Shown here piece by piece: positions 10,401 to 18,560 of a stretch of DNA of 32,000 nucleotides. The notes under the pieces were generated by a model that worked only from the letters and a program-made list of their open reading frames with translations, did not search any database and had not been told where the DNA came from. Within the stretch, counting starts at the first letter, position 1, and the number at the start of each line of letters is the position of its first letter. Both the position numbers and the translations under genes were made by a program. The stretch spans positions 5,220,001 to 5,252,000 of the forward strand of contig NZ_LN831024.1 of assembly GCF_001457615.1 (NCBI RefSeq), written 5' to 3'. Origin of the DNA: Pseudomonas aeruginosa (lineage in GTDB: Bacteria; Pseudomonadota; Gammaproteobacteria; Pseudomonadales; Pseudomonadaceae).

Positions 10401-11111
10401 GGCATCCTGCGGCTTGCGGGTAACCGGGTCGGTCACGGCGATGGACACCAGGCCATCGCCGTAGAGGTCGATGGTCGCGGCGTTGCCGGCGGCCATCGCC
10501 ACGGTGCCGAGACGGGCGTTGATCACGCCGTTGTTGGCCACGGACGGCGCGACGAAGGCCGCCAGGCCTTTCTCCGCGACGCTGATGCTGCCGTCGTTGA
10601 CGATCCGCGCGTCGGGGTTTCCGGGCTGGTCGAAGATCAGCTTGCCCTGGCGGAAGTGTTCGTCGCTGATGTTCGCCGTGGTGGTGATCAGGGAGCCCAC
10701 GTCTACCTTGGCCGAGCCGCTGAAGACCACGCCGTTGGAGTTGTAGATGATCACCTGGCCGGGCGCGGAGATGCGCCCGGCGATCACGCTTTCCTGGCCT
10801 GCGGTGACCCGGTTCAGGGTCGACGAGGTCACACCGGGCTGGTTGAAGCGCACCGCCTCGTCGGCGGAGACGTCGAAGCCCTTCCAGTTGATGATCGCGC
10901 GCTGGGTGCTCTGGTCGATCAGCGTGGTCTTGCCCTGCTGGCTGATCTTGATCTCGTTGGGGTTGAACTGGGCACCGGTAGGTGCCGCCATGGCCGCGTT
11001 GATGCTGGCGATGGCGAACATGAGGGTGCTGCTGGCGGCAAGGACGAAACGCCCTTCCCTACCAGCTTTCGAAGAGGTGCGCTTGCCGCGCTGGCTATCC
11101 GGACGGACCAT
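4404..11111 (-). CDS. cdrA: Large TPS adhesin CdrA (PA4625-like), 2235 aa from the preferred start
   Basis: TPS/haemagglutination N-domain (GAQFNPNEIKISQQGKTTLIDQSTQRAIINWKGFDVSADEAVRFNQPG), long MBG/YDG-type repeat array, C-terminal TAAG and paired Cys. ORF is open to 11198 but ATG at 11111 (MVRPDSQRGK...) follows tagggagattttc, a good RBS. Confidence 0.95.
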   Translation of the reverse strand: MVRPDSQRGKRTSSKAGREGRFVLAASSTLMFAIASINAAMAAPTGAQFNPNEIKISQQGKTTLIDQSTQRAIINWKGFDVSADEAVRFNQPGVTSSTLNRVTAGQESVIAGRISAPGQVIIYNSNGVVFSGSAKVDVGSLITTTANISDEHFRQGKLIFDQPGNPDARIVNDGSISVAEKGLAAFVAPSVANNGVINARLGTVAMAAGNAATIDLYGDGLVSIAVTDPVTRKPQDAQALVSNGGAIQADGGSVLITAEQASRVVDNAVNLSGVILARGTEVREGSVALVSKSGDIQVAGKIDVSGPKSGGDVLVSGQQVALASTASIDARGAAQGGSVRIGGDFQGRGELPRAKNATLAKGASIDVSATGKGNGGLAVVWSDGNTRMDGRILARGGAQGGNGGLVETSGKVNLSIADSAYVSVAAPYGNGGTWLLDPTTLRIVASGGTSGSVGGANGASGDATVNASVVTGALAGGKVTLSASDRLSVEAPLITSNLGGASRGLELIATGPAGAVDISAPILFRNGSLAIRAGGNISFLSGGTPQTSGIVDLGSGTLWMQTSTAGKISQQAGTALIAANLAGRAGSIDLASWDNYAGNLALQTFNGTLKYRQSNATGVTTSGTVFDPFINQSMTGTAQNIVSSVGTRILEANSVGTTGNYTLTADGNSEFDRLVFTALPYRRVSGSASFPTNDSSDYLVTNLRYQVNGSNVTATPNGGAPSGFTVAAGNGSVTTWTGNWGTSWGVKGFGGVIGVTDELQYDVGTGLTEELIFGLGGKTSRVDTRLDLFMREGAFNSFAERAQVEMFKTTTTAGDILSRQQTATLTANDATRVYGDVNPTLTATMSGINAIDAYVNSQFNDLYQATASTTATQASNVGQYAITGNANGSEYFSQRYQLVRQDGKLTVTPAQLIVSADAKTKVYGDADPTLTYQVSGLKNSDTAAGVLSGNLGRVAGENVGNYGILQGGLGLNTANYTLSYVGNDLRITPAQLNVIADAKTKVYGDLDPALTYQVSGLKRGDTAGAVLNGGSLSRVAGENVGVYGINQGGLGLVSSNYTLNYQGNNLTITKALLNVIADAKTKVYGDADPALTYQVSGLKNGDTAGAVLNGGSLSRVAGENVGVYGINQGGLGLLSANYDLSYQGNNLTITKALLNVIADAKTKVYGDADPSLTYQVSGLKNGDTAGAVLNGGSLSRVAGENVGVYGINQGDLALNSGNYDLSYQGNNLTITKALLNVIADAKTKVYGDADPSLTYQVSGLKNGDTAGAVLNGGGLVRVSGENVGNYAIQQGGLGLVSGNYDLAYQGNNLTITKALLNVIADAKTKVYGDADPSLTYQVSGLKNGDTAGAVLNGGSLSRVAGENVGVYGINQGDLALNSGNYDLSYQGNNLTITKALLNVIADAKTKVYGDADPSLTYQVSGLKNGDTAGAVLNGGGLSRVAGENVGVYGINQGDLALNSGNYDLSYQGNNLTITKALLNVIADAKTKVYGDADPSLTYQVSGLKNGDTAGAVLNGGGLVRVSGENVGNYAIQQGGLGLVSGNYDLAYQGNNLTITKALLNVIADGKTKVYGDADPSLTYQVSGLKNGDSAGSILTGGLNRAAGENVGVYGINQGDLALNSGNYDLSYQGNNLTITKALLNVIADAKTKVYGDADPSLTYQVSGLKNGDTAGAVLNGGGLVRVSGENVGNYAIQQGGLGLVSGNYDLAYQGNNLTITKALLNVIADAKTKVYGDADPSLTYQVSGLKNGDSAGSILTGGLNRAAGENVGVYGINQGDLALNSGNYDLSYQGNNLTITKALLNVIADAKTKVYGDADPSLTYQVSGLKNGDSAGSILTGGLNRAAGENVGVYGINQGDLALNSGNYDLSYQGNNLTITKALLNVIADGKTKVYGDADPSLTYQVSGLKNGDTAGAVLNGGSLSRVAGENVGVYGINQGGLGLVSGNYDLAYQGNNLTITKALLNVIADGKTKVYGDADPSLTYQVSGLKNGDSAGSILTGGLNRDAGENVGVYGINQGGLVLTSGNYDLAYQGNDLTITKALLNVFADAKSKQVGTADPALTYQVSGLKNGDSAGQVLAGGLGRVGGEAVGQYDILQGGLALTSGNYQLNYQGNLLSILPLPVTPGDLGQLAALSDLRELQKGRDPDTPGDAVYRTTTLENPFLENPFLRAYALGMDVSDPNLLPATAAGPAEDASAKRVGQFTDRPLRAEAESGAGCSNQSYLADYWSCFNKPLNF
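4749..8381 (-). repeat. cdrA: cdrA tandem repeat array: 15 MBG/YDG-type modules of 80-82 aa (about 240-243 bp)
   Basis: Repeated [LQ]LxVxADAKTKVYGDADPxLTYQVSGLKNGD...GENVG.Y.I.QGxLxL.SxNYxLxYQGNxLTITKA; the individual counts sum to 1211 aa, matching the coordinate span exactly. Confidence 0.95.
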
Positions 11112-11162
11112 GAAAATCTCCCTATCTGCGTGGCGCACGTCAGTTTTCCAGCACTGCATTTC

Positions 11163-11176
11163 GTCAGTTAAATGAC
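11163..11176. promoter_or_regulatory. Candidate FleQ box upstream of cdrA start codon
   Basis: gtcagttaaatgac (reverse GTCATTTAACTGAC) inside near-perfect palindrome tcgtcagttaaatgacga; resembles the published FleQ consensus GTCaNTAAAtTGAC. Confidence 0.6.
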
Positions 11177-11314
11177 GAAAATCTGAGAAGCAATTCACAT
11201 TGCGCCTTGTGTGCCAAAAAAATGCCTTTCAGATCAAAAATTGTCCACTTGAAAGGGCGACCGTTCGTCGGAGTGACTCAAAAATGACACTACCGAGGTT
11301 AAATATGTAATACC

Positions 11315-11328
11315 GTCAAAAAACCGAC
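11315..11328. promoter_or_regulatory. Second candidate FleQ-like box
   Basis: gtcaaaaaaccgac (reverse GTCGGTTTTTTGAC): outer arms match FleQ half-sites, core diverges; adjacent to the predicted cdrA -10. Confidence 0.4.
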
Positions 11329-11354
11329 AATACTTTCGGGATAATCACTGTCAA
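11327..11354 (-). promoter_or_regulatory. Candidate sigma70 promoter for cdrAB
   Basis: Minus strand TTGACA (11354-11349), 16-bp spacer, TATTGT (11332-11327). Confidence 0.5.
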
Positions 11355-11431
11355 GAAAACCGGAAGACCTCCCTGGCACGCGGGTTTGCTAGGCTAGGCA
11401 GCCCCCGTCCGCTGCCGCCAAGGAACCGTCC

Positions 11432-12403
11432 ATGAGCCATGCCCTGCGCGCCGTTTTCCTCGACCATGCCTCCCTCGACCTCGGCGACCTGGACATGCGC
11501 CCCCTGCGCGCCGCCTTCGACGAGCTGCAACTGCATGCCGCCAGCCAACCGCAGGAAGTCGCCGCGCGGCTGCACGGTGCGCGGGTCGCGATCAGCAACA
11601 AGGCGCCGATCGACGCGCAATGCATCGCCGCCTGCCCAGAGCTGGAACTGATCCTGGTCAGCGCTACCGGCACCAACAACATCGATCTCGCTGCCGCTCG
11701 CGAGCGCGGTATCGTCGTCGCCAACTGCCATGGCTACGGCACGCCCTCGGTAGCCCAGCACACCCTCGCGCTGCTACTGGCCCTGGCTACGCGCCTGCCG
11801 GACTACCAGCAGGCGGTACGCAGCGGCCGCTGGCAGCAATCCAGCCAGTTCTGCCTGCTGGACTTCCCCATCGTCGAACTGGAAGGCAAGACCCTCGGCC
11901 TGCTCGGCCATGGCGAACTGGGCGGGGCGGTGGCGCGGCTGGCGGAGGCGTTCGGCATGCGCGTGCTGCTCGGTCAGTTGCCAGGACGGCCCGCCCGGGC
12001 GGACCGCCTGCCGCTTGGCGAACTCCTGCCACGGGTCGACGCCCTGACCCTGCACTGCCCGCTGACCGAGGACACCCGCGGGATGCTCGGCGCCGCCGAA
12101 CTGGCGCTGATGAAGCCTGGCGCCTTCCTGGTCAATACCGCCCGTGGCGGCCTGGTCGACGAACAGGCGCTGGCCGACGCCCTGCGCGGCGGCCACCTGG
12201 GCGGCGCCGCCACCGACGTGCTCAGCGTCGAGCCGCCGAGAAACGGCAATCCGCTGCTGGCCCCCGACATCCCGCGCCTGATCGTCACCCCCCATAACGC
12301 CTGGGGCAGTCGCGAGGCGCGGCAGCGCATCGTCGGCCAACTGGCGGAAAACGCAGAGGCATGGAAGGCCGGGCGCGCCCTGCGGGTAGTCAACGCCGGC
12401 TGA
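11432..12403 (+). CDS. hprA: D-2-hydroxyacid dehydrogenase / glycerate dehydrogenase-hydroxypyruvate reductase (PA4626-like)
   Basis: 323 aa; [26 protein letters not shown] nucleotide-binding motif, [13 protein letters not shown] and [14 protein letters not shown] signatures. Confidence 0.9.
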   Translation: MSHALRAVFLDHASLDLGDLDMRPLRAAFDELQLHAASQPQEVAARLHGARVAISNKAPIDAQCIAACPELELILVSATGTNNIDLAAARERGIVVANCHGYGTPSVAQHTLALLLALATRLPDYQQAVRSGRWQQSSQFCLLDFPIVELEGKTLGLLGHGELGGAVARLAEAFGMRVLLGQLPGRPARADRLPLGELLPRVDALTLHCPLTEDTRGMLGAAELALMKPGAFLVNTARGGLVDEQALADALRGGHLGGAATDVLSVEPPRNGNPLLAPDIPRLIVTPHNAWGSREARQRIVGQLAENAEAWKAGRALRVVNAG

Positions 12404-12512
12404 TACGGCGCTGCGGGCACCGCGCACGGATGAACGGCGATCCTCGCCGACAATCCATGCGGGTATGCCAGGCCCAAGCCTGTTAAGATTTCCCATTTTT
12501 TCCGGAGCCCGC

Positions 12513-13511
12513 ATGGACCCTCGCAGTGAAGTGCTGCTGCGCCAGCGCCACCTCTTCGCGACCCCGCTGCTGCTGGCCGGCCTGCCCGCCGACGACCTGC
12601 TCGCCGAGCTACCGCAGGCCCAGGGCTGGAGCTGGCACGCCGGCGAGCAGGCGCAGTTGGACGCCCGCTTCCCCGGCCGTAGCCGTTTCGACACGCGCGC
12701 GCCGACTGGCGCCTGGACTTCGGCCGTTCTGTTCCTGCCCAAGTCCCGCGAACTGACCGACTACCTGCTGGCCAGCCTGGCCGCCCGCCTGCCCGGCGGC
12801 GAACTCTTCCTGGTCGGCGAAAAGCGCGGCGGGATCGAGCGCGCGAGCAAGCAGTTGGCCGCCTACGGCAAGCCCCGCAAACTGGATAGCGCGCGGCATT
12901 GCCAGCTCTGGCAGGTGCGTATCGAACAGGCGCCGGCCGAACCCGACCTGCACGCCCTGGCCCAGCGCTACAGCCTGCCGCTGGCCGATGGCGAGCTGCA
13001 GGTGGTGAGCCTGCCGGGGGTGTTCAGCCATGGCCGCCTGGATCGCGGCAGCGCGCTGCTGCTGGGGCAACTGCAAGCTCTGCCCGGCGGCCATCTGCTG
13101 GACTTCGGCTGCGGTGCCGGCGTACTCGGGGCGGCTCTCAAGCGTCGCTACCCCGCCAGTCGCCTGACTCTGCTCGACGTCGACGCCTTCGCTGTCGAGA
13201 GCAGCCGACTGACCCTCGCCGCCAACGGCCTGGACGGCGAAGTGATCGCCGCCGACGGCATCGACGGCGCGCCGCGCGAACTCGCCGCGATCGTCAGCAA
13301 CCCGCCCTTCCACCAGGGCGTGCACACCGACTACCAGGCCTCCGAGCGCCTGCTGCAACGCGCCGCCGAGCACCTGGCGCCGGGCGGCGAACTGCGCCTG
13401 GTCGCCAACAGCTTCCTGAAGTACCCGCCGTTGATCGAACGCCACCTCGGCCCCTGCCGGACACTCGCCGAAGGCGACGGTTTCCGCATCTACTCCGCCC
13501 GTCGCTCCTGA
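12513..13511 (+). CDS. rsmC: 16S rRNA (guanine-N2) methyltransferase RsmC-like (PA4627-like)
   Basis: [21 protein letters not shown] motif and [10 protein letters not shown] catalytic motif. The track starts at 12465, but ATG at 12513 ([15 protein letters not shown]) follows ccggagcccgc and fits better. Confidence 0.88.
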   Translation: MDPRSEVLLRQRHLFATPLLLAGLPADDLLAELPQAQGWSWHAGEQAQLDARFPGRSRFDTRAPTGAWTSAVLFLPKSRELTDYLLASLAARLPGGELFLVGEKRGGIERASKQLAAYGKPRKLDSARHCQLWQVRIEQAPAEPDLHALAQRYSLPLADGELQVVSLPGVFSHGRLDRGSALLLGQLQALPGGHLLDFGCGAGVLGAALKRRYPASRLTLLDVDAFAVESSRLTLAANGLDGEVIAADGIDGAPRELAAIVSNPPFHQGVHTDYQASERLLQRAAEHLAPGGELRLVANSFLKYPPLIERHLGPCRTLAEGDGFRIYSARRS

Positions 13512-13605
13512 TTTCTGCCTGGAACCCTGTGAATGAAGCTTTTCCTCTCCCTGCCCGCACGCCCGCAGCCAGACCCTTCCGTGGCCACCCGCCGGGAGGC
13601 CGCCG

Positions 13606-15069
13606 ATGACTGACCTGAACGCCAGCCAGGGCCAGCAATTGCGGCGGGTGCTCAAGCCGCGCCACCTGAACATGATCGCCATCGGCGGCTCCATCGGCAC
13701 CGGGCTGTTCGTCGCCTCCGGGGCCACCGTGGCCACCGCCGGGCCCGGCGGTGCGCTGCTTTCCTACGCACTGATCGGGCTGATGGTGTACTTCCTCATG
13801 ACCAGTCTCGGCGAGATGGCCGCCTACATGCCCGTTTCCGGCTCGTTCTGCACCTATGGCAGCCGGTTCGTCGAAGATGGCTTCGGTTTCGCCCTCGGCT
13901 GGAACTACTGGTACAACTGGGCGGTGACCATCGCCGCGGAACTGGTGGCGGCGCAACTGGTGATGAGTTTCTGGTTCCCCGAGGTGCCGGGCATCTACTG
14001 GAGCGCGATCTTCCTGGGCATCATGTTCGGCCTCAACGTGATTTCCGCGCGCGGCTTCGGCGAGAGCGAATTCTGGTTCGCCCTGATCAAGGTAGTCACG
14101 GTGGTGATCTTCATCGGCGTCGGCCTGGCGACCATCTTCGGCATCATGCATGGCGTGGAGTCGCCCGGCTTCAGCAACTTCACCATGGGCGACGCGCCCT
14201 TCGTCGGCGGCTTCCAGGCGATGGTCGGGGTGGCGATGATCGCCGGCTTCTCGTTCCAGGGCACCGAGTTGATCGGCATCGCCGCCGGTGAATCGGAAAA
14301 TCCGCGGAAGAACATCCCGATCGCCATTCGCCAGGTGTTCTGGCGCATCCTGATGTTCTACATCCTGGCGATCTTCGTGATCGGCATGCTGATTCCCTAC
14401 ACCGACCCGAACCTGCTGAAGAACGATGCCAGCGACATCAGCGTGTCGCCCTTCACCCTGCTCTTCGAGCGCGCCGGCTTCGCCGCGGCGGCCGGGGTGA
14501 TGAACGCGGTGATCCTCTCGGCGATCCTCTCCGCCGGCAACTCCGGCATGTACGCCTCGACCCGGATGCTCTACAACCTCGCCCTCGAGGGCAAGGCACC
14601 GCGCCTGTTCTCTCGTGTCTCGCGCAGCGGCGTGCCACGCAATGCGCTGTACGCCACTACCCTGGTCGGCGCCCTGTGCTTCCTCACTTCGGCCTTCGGC
14701 GACAGCACCGTCTACACATGGCTGCTGAACACCTCGGGCATGTGCGGCTTCATCGCCTGGCTGGGCATCGCCATCTCCCACTATCGCTTCCGCAAGGGCT
14801 ACCTGGCCCAGGGCGGCCGCCTGGAAGACCTGCCCTACCGGGCCAAGCTGTTCCCCTTCGGCCCGCTGTTCGCCTTCGCCCTGTGCATGGTCATCACCCT
14901 CGGGCAGAACTACCAGGCGCTGGTGGGCGAACGCATCGACTGGATCGGCCTCCTCGCCACCTACATCAGCCTGCCGCTGTTCCTGGCGATCTGGCTGGGA
15001 TACCGCTGGAAGAAGCGCGCACGCTTCGTTCGCTACCACGAAATGGACGTCAGCCCGACCAATACCTGA
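13606..15069 (+). CDS. lysP: Amino-acid permease, LysP-like (PA4628-like)
   Basis: 487 aa; LKPRHLNMIAIGGSIGTGLFVASG signature of APC/AAT permeases, about 12 hydrophobic segments, strong resemblance to lysine permease. Confidence 0.9.
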   Translation: MTDLNASQGQQLRRVLKPRHLNMIAIGGSIGTGLFVASGATVATAGPGGALLSYALIGLMVYFLMTSLGEMAAYMPVSGSFCTYGSRFVEDGFGFALGWNYWYNWAVTIAAELVAAQLVMSFWFPEVPGIYWSAIFLGIMFGLNVISARGFGESEFWFALIKVVTVVIFIGVGLATIFGIMHGVESPGFSNFTMGDAPFVGGFQAMVGVAMIAGFSFQGTELIGIAAGESENPRKNIPIAIRQVFWRILMFYILAIFVIGMLIPYTDPNLLKNDASDISVSPFTLLFERAGFAAAAGVMNAVILSAILSAGNSGMYASTRMLYNLALEGKAPRLFSRVSRSGVPRNALYATTLVGALCFLTSAFGDSTVYTWLLNTSGMCGFIAWLGIAISHYRFRKGYLAQGGRLEDLPYRAKLFPFGPLFAFALCMVITLGQNYQALVGERIDWIGLLATYISLPLFLAIWLGYRWKKRARFVRYHEMDVSPTNT

Positions 15070-15178
15070 CTCACCCTGCCGCCCAGCGATTCCTCGCGGA
15101 TCGCTGCGGATGCCGGCACGTTTCCTTGCGATCAGGCTCCCTCGCCGCCCTCCCGGACGAAAGTTTCCGTCCCGGGCT

Positions 15179-15202
15179 TGCCCAAGCCGCCCGGCTTGGG
15201 CA
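15179..15202 (+). terminator. Stem-loop downstream of lysP, candidate terminator (weak U tract)
   Basis: tgcccaagcc-gccc-ggcttgggca, 10-bp arms, followed by gaatgc instead of a T run. Confidence 0.4.
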
Positions 15203-15211
15203 GAATGCGCC

Positions 15212-15345
15212 CCGTCCTAGGGGAGTAGTCTCCCGCGAGCGCCGCACCGGCCTCGCCCGGCACGCGTCAACACACTTGGTCCGCAGACCATGGCGCGCGC
15301 GACCCAAGCCTGCCCAGACAGGCCAAGGGTTTGACAAGACCTATG
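15212..15345 (+). ncRNA. yybP-ykoY family (manganese) riboswitch aptamer
   Basis: AGGGGAGTAG at 15219-15228 matches the 5' conserved core, followed by gcacgcgTCAACacactTGGTCC and ttgacaAGACC at the 3' side. It sits directly 5' of a UPF0016 gene, a classic target of this family. Confidence 0.85.
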
Positions 15346-15409
15346 ACACGCACGATCTGACCCGGGGCGGGCAGATGGCGCGTGTCATGGTGATTGGTCG
15401 ACCCGCCCC
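15341..15409 (+). promoter_or_regulatory. Putative riboswitch expression platform with two mutually exclusive helices
   Basis: ctatgacacg (15341-15350) pairs with cgtgtcatgg (15381-15390); ggggcggg (15364-15371) pairs with cccgcccc (15402-15409). The helices interlock, and the second ends next to the aggaag RBS. Confidence 0.6.
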
Positions 15410-15421
15410 TTAGGAAGCCTG

Positions 15422-16000
15422 ATGGAATCGCTGTTCGTCCCTACCCTCATCGTTGCCCTCGCGGAAATCGGCGACAAGACCCAGTTGCTGGCACTCCTGC
15501 TCGCGGCGCGTTTCCGCAAGCCGTGGCCGATCATCGCCGGCATCGTCGCCGCCACCCTGGCCAACCATTTCGCTGCCGGCGCGGTGGGCGCCTGGGTCGC
15601 CAGCTTCTTCTCGGAAGCCACCCTCAGCTGGATCCTCGCCGCCTCCTTCATCGCCGTCGCCCTGTGGACACTGGTACCGGACAAGCTCGACGACGAAGAG
15701 TCCGGACTGAAGAAATACGGCCCCTTCCTCACCACCCTGATCGCGTTCTTCCTCGCCGAGATGGGCGACAAGACCCAGGTCGCCACGGTCATGCTGGCCG
15801 CCCAGTATCCGCATTTCTGGCTGGTGGTGATCGGCACCACCCTGGGCATGCTGATCGCCAACGTACCGGTGGTACTGATCGGCAACCTGGCCGCCGACAA
15901 GCTGCCGCTGACCCTGATCCGCCGCCTGGCCGCGGCCGCCTTCGCCGCACTTGGCCTGTACGCCGCCTGGCACGCCGCGCAATTGACCGGCTGGCTCTGA
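15422..16000 (+). CDS. UPF0016/GDT1 (TMEM165) family cation exporter, probable Mn2+ exporter (PA4629-like)
   Basis: 192 aa with duplicated E-x-G-D-K-T-Q motifs (EIGDKTQ and EMGDKTQ), six hydrophobic segments, riboswitch upstream. Confidence 0.9.
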   Translation: MESLFVPTLIVALAEIGDKTQLLALLLAARFRKPWPIIAGIVAATLANHFAAGAVGAWVASFFSEATLSWILAASFIAVALWTLVPDKLDDEESGLKKYGPFLTTLIAFFLAEMGDKTQVATVMLAAQYPHFWLVVIGTTLGMLIANVPVVLIGNLAADKLPLTLIRRLAAAAFAALGLYAAWHAAQLTGWL

Positions 16001-16116
16001 AGGACTGCGCCGCCGGGCCCGGGATGGCTGGGCGGCCAATGCAAAATGCATAGGAACGGCTACAGTTCAGGCAGGCACCGGATGCCTGCCCCACCACTCG
16101 CCCTCGAGAGCCGGAG

Positions 16117-16560
16117 ATGCCCTCACACGACCTGAAACGACTCGCCCGCCATCACATCGAGCTGTCCTGGAACAAGGGCCGCATGGCGTTGGTGGAGCAG
16201 TTGCACAGCAAGGATTTCCTCTACAAAAGCTCGTTCATCGGCCGTCCCCTGGATACCGCCGGCTATATCCGCCTGCTGCAGGACATCCGCACGGCGATGC
16301 CGGACCTGGAGGTCGTGGTCGAAGACTGCATCGGCGAGGAACGCAAGGTGTTCACCTGGAGCACGCTGATCGGCACCATCGTCCGGCCGACCCTGGGCTA
16401 TCCGGCCAGCGACAAGGTGCTGAGCATTTCCGCGATGGGCTTCTGGGTGTTCAACCCGCAGGGCCAGTTGCAGGAGCTGTGCACCATGTTCGACATGGAG
16501 AGCTTTCGCGCCCAGCTGGGACTGCAGACCCGACCCTTCGCGGAAAAAGCGCTGCCCTAG
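16117..16560 (+). CDS. SnoaL-like / ester cyclase family protein
   Basis: 147 aa; SWNKGR...LHSKDFLYKSSFIGRPLDTAGYIRLLQDIRTAMPDLEVVVED pattern of SnoaL-like folds. Confidence 0.75.
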   Translation: MPSHDLKRLARHHIELSWNKGRMALVEQLHSKDFLYKSSFIGRPLDTAGYIRLLQDIRTAMPDLEVVVEDCIGEERKVFTWSTLIGTIVRPTLGYPASDKVLSISAMGFWVFNPQGQLQELCTMFDMESFRAQLGLQTRPFAEKALP

Positions 16561-16569
16561 CCAACCGTC

Positions 16570-17559
16570 CTAGGCATTGAAATAGCCGTTGTCGCGGAAC
16601 CAGTCGATGGCGCGCAGCAGGGTGTCGTCGAGGGCGGTGGTGGAGAAGAAGCCGAGTTCCTCGCGGGCCTTGCGTCCATCGAGGAACTGCCCGCCAGCCA
16701 TCACCTCGATGGCGGTTTCGTCGAGCAGCGGCAACTGGCCGCTGACCCGGTAGCGCAAGCGGCCCAGGGTGGCCAGCGCGCGAGCCATGGCCATCGACAT
16801 CGGCTGCGGCGCAGGCTGGCCGAGCAGCTCGGCGATGCGCCGGGTCAGGTCGGCCATTTCCAGGTTGTGCCCGGTCAGCAGGTAGCGCTCGCCGATACGC
16901 CCGCGCTCAAGGGCCATCAGCAGTCCGCGCCCGGCTTCGGCGGCATCGATGACGTTACGCTGGCCGGCGACGTAGTGGGTCATCTCGCCATTGCCGATGG
17001 CGGTGATCACGCGCCCGGTAGTCGGGCCGATGTCCAGTTCGCCGAGTACCATGCCGGGAATCCCGATCACCACCGGCAGGCCGTTGCGCGCCTGCTCCCG
17101 GGCCTGCTCGTCGAGCGCCCATTTGCACAGCACGTAGGAACTCTTGCCGCTCGGCAGGCTGTCGTAGAACAACCCCTCGTGGCCCGGTAGTCCCTGGGGA
17201 TGGCGGGGCATGGCATATGCCGAACCGACATAGAGGATGCGCGGCACCCTGGCCTGCAGGCAGGCGGCATAGAACGGGTTGGTCTGGCCCAGCGCGCTGG
17301 CCACTTCCTCCTGCCAGCGGCGCGGCCGCGAAGGATAGTAGCCGGCGCTGAAGATCACCCCGTCGAGGCCGCGCAGGGCGCGTTCCAGGCCGGCGTGGTC
17401 GAGCATCTCGGCGACCCGGCACTCGGGCTCCAGATAGGCGAGACGCTGGATCTGCGAAGAAGGACGGTGGATCAGCACCAGATCGTGACCGGCAGCCCTG
17501 ATGGCGCGCGCGGCGTGATGTCCCAGCAGGCCGGTGGCTCCGAGTACGGCGTATTTCAC
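16570..17559 (-). CDS. NAD-dependent epimerase/dehydratase family protein (SDR extended)
   Basis: VKYAVLGATGLLGHHAARAIRAAGHD (GxxGxxG motif) and YVLCKWALDEQAR. GTG at 17559 after ctggagctcat is preferred over the ATG at 17595. Confidence 0.85.
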   Translation of the reverse strand: MKYAVLGATGLLGHHAARAIRAAGHDLVLIHRPSSQIQRLAYLEPECRVAEMLDHAGLERALRGLDGVIFSAGYYPSRPRRWQEEVASALGQTNPFYAACLQARVPRILYVGSAYAMPRHPQGLPGHEGLFYDSLPSGKSSYVLCKWALDEQAREQARNGLPVVIGIPGMVLGELDIGPTTGRVITAIGNGEMTHYVAGQRNVIDAAEAGRGLLMALERGRIGERYLLTGHNLEMADLTRRIAELLGQPAPQPMSMAMARALATLGRLRYRVSGQLPLLDETAIEVMAGGQFLDGRKAREELGFFSTTALDDTLLRAIDWFRDNGYFNA

Positions 17560-17738
17560 ATGAGCTCCAGGGCGTGAGAGTGGCTGTTCGTCCACGGGTC
17601 CCGCAAGCGGGTCGGCCAGCAGTCTAGGCCGAACACCGGCGAGATACCAAACAGCAGGTTACGGAAATACACAACAGGCGTTTCCGATGGTAAGCCTGTC
17701 GGCGCGCCGGCCGCCCCCCGCGACCGCGCGCCCTGGCC

Positions 17739-18560
17739 TCACTTGCCGCGCCTGGCCTGCTGGTACAGCGGCATCACCTTGGGAATCGCGGCCTGGAGAT
17801 TGGCCATCCGCGAACTGTCGGAGGGGTGGGTGCTGGTGAACTCGGGCTGGCTGGCGCCGCCGCTGGCCCTGCCCATCTTCTGCCAGAGGGTGATCGCCGC
17901 TTCCGGGTTGTAGCCGGCGCGGGCGGCCAGCTCGAGACCGATCAGGTCGGCTTCGTTCTCGTTGGCACGACTGTTGGGCAGGGTCATCAGGTAGTCGACG
18001 CCGGTATTGGCCAGTTGCAGGCTTTCCTGGCCGAGGCCGGCCAGGGCGCCGATCTGGCTGGCCACCTGCACGCCGTAGGCCTTGGACATGGCCTCGCGCC
18101 CATGCTCGCGCAGGGCGTGGGCGATCTCGTGGCCCATCACCGCGGCTATCTCGTCGTCGGTGAGCTTCAGCTTGTCGATCAGCCCGGTGTAGAAAATGAT
18201 CTTGCCGCCGGGACCGCAGTTGGCGTTGAGCTCGTCGCTCTTCACCACATTGACTTCCCAGTTCCAGCCGGTGGCGTCCGGGCGGAAGGCGGCGGTCTGC
18301 GGGATCAGCCGCTGGGCGATCGCCTTGACTCGCCGCGCGTCGGCGCTGCTGGTATCGAGCACGCCGGCGCTTTTCGCCTCGCCGAGAGTCTTCTGGTACG
18401 ACTGGGCGTACATCTGGTCGACTTCCTGGCTGGACAACATGCTGAACATATATTGCTTGCGGTCGACGCCGACGGCGCCGCCACTGGTGGTGTTCACTGC
18501 CTGGCAACCGGCGAGCAGCAGCGCGCCGGCGAGGGTGGCGAATCGGAAGGGATGAGCCAT
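17739..18560 (-). CDS. M48-family metalloprotease lipoprotein (PA4632-like)
   Basis: Lipobox LLLAGC and zinc motif HEIAHALREHGRE. The ATG at 18560 (MAHPFRFATLAGALLLAGC) gives a proper lipoprotein signal; the track start at 18620 does not. Confidence 0.88.
   Translation of the reverse strand: MAHPFRFATLAGALLLAGCQAVNTTSGGAVGVDRKQYMFSMLSSQEVDQMYAQSYQKTLGEAKSAGVLDTSSADARRVKAIAQRLIPQTAAFRPDATGWNWEVNVVKSDELNANCGPGGKIIFYTGLIDKLKLTDDEIAAVMGHEIAHALREHGREAMSKAYGVQVASQIGALAGLGQESLQLANTGVDYLMTLPNSRANENEADLIGLELAARAGYNPEAAITLWQKMGRASGGASQPEFTSTHPSDSSRMANLQAAIPKVMPLYQQARRGK

Noticed and set aside
4392-11171. 2259-aa plus-strand ORF as a real giant repeat protein
   Set aside because: It mirrors cdrA codon for codon; cdrA on the minus strand has a TPS domain, signal sequence, RBS and partner cdrB. 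The plus-strand product (LGDGQVVALVAQ... repeats) has no known architecture.
13294-15039. 581-aa minus-strand ORF opposite lysP
   Set aside because: Antisense artefact of a clear amino-acid permease gene.
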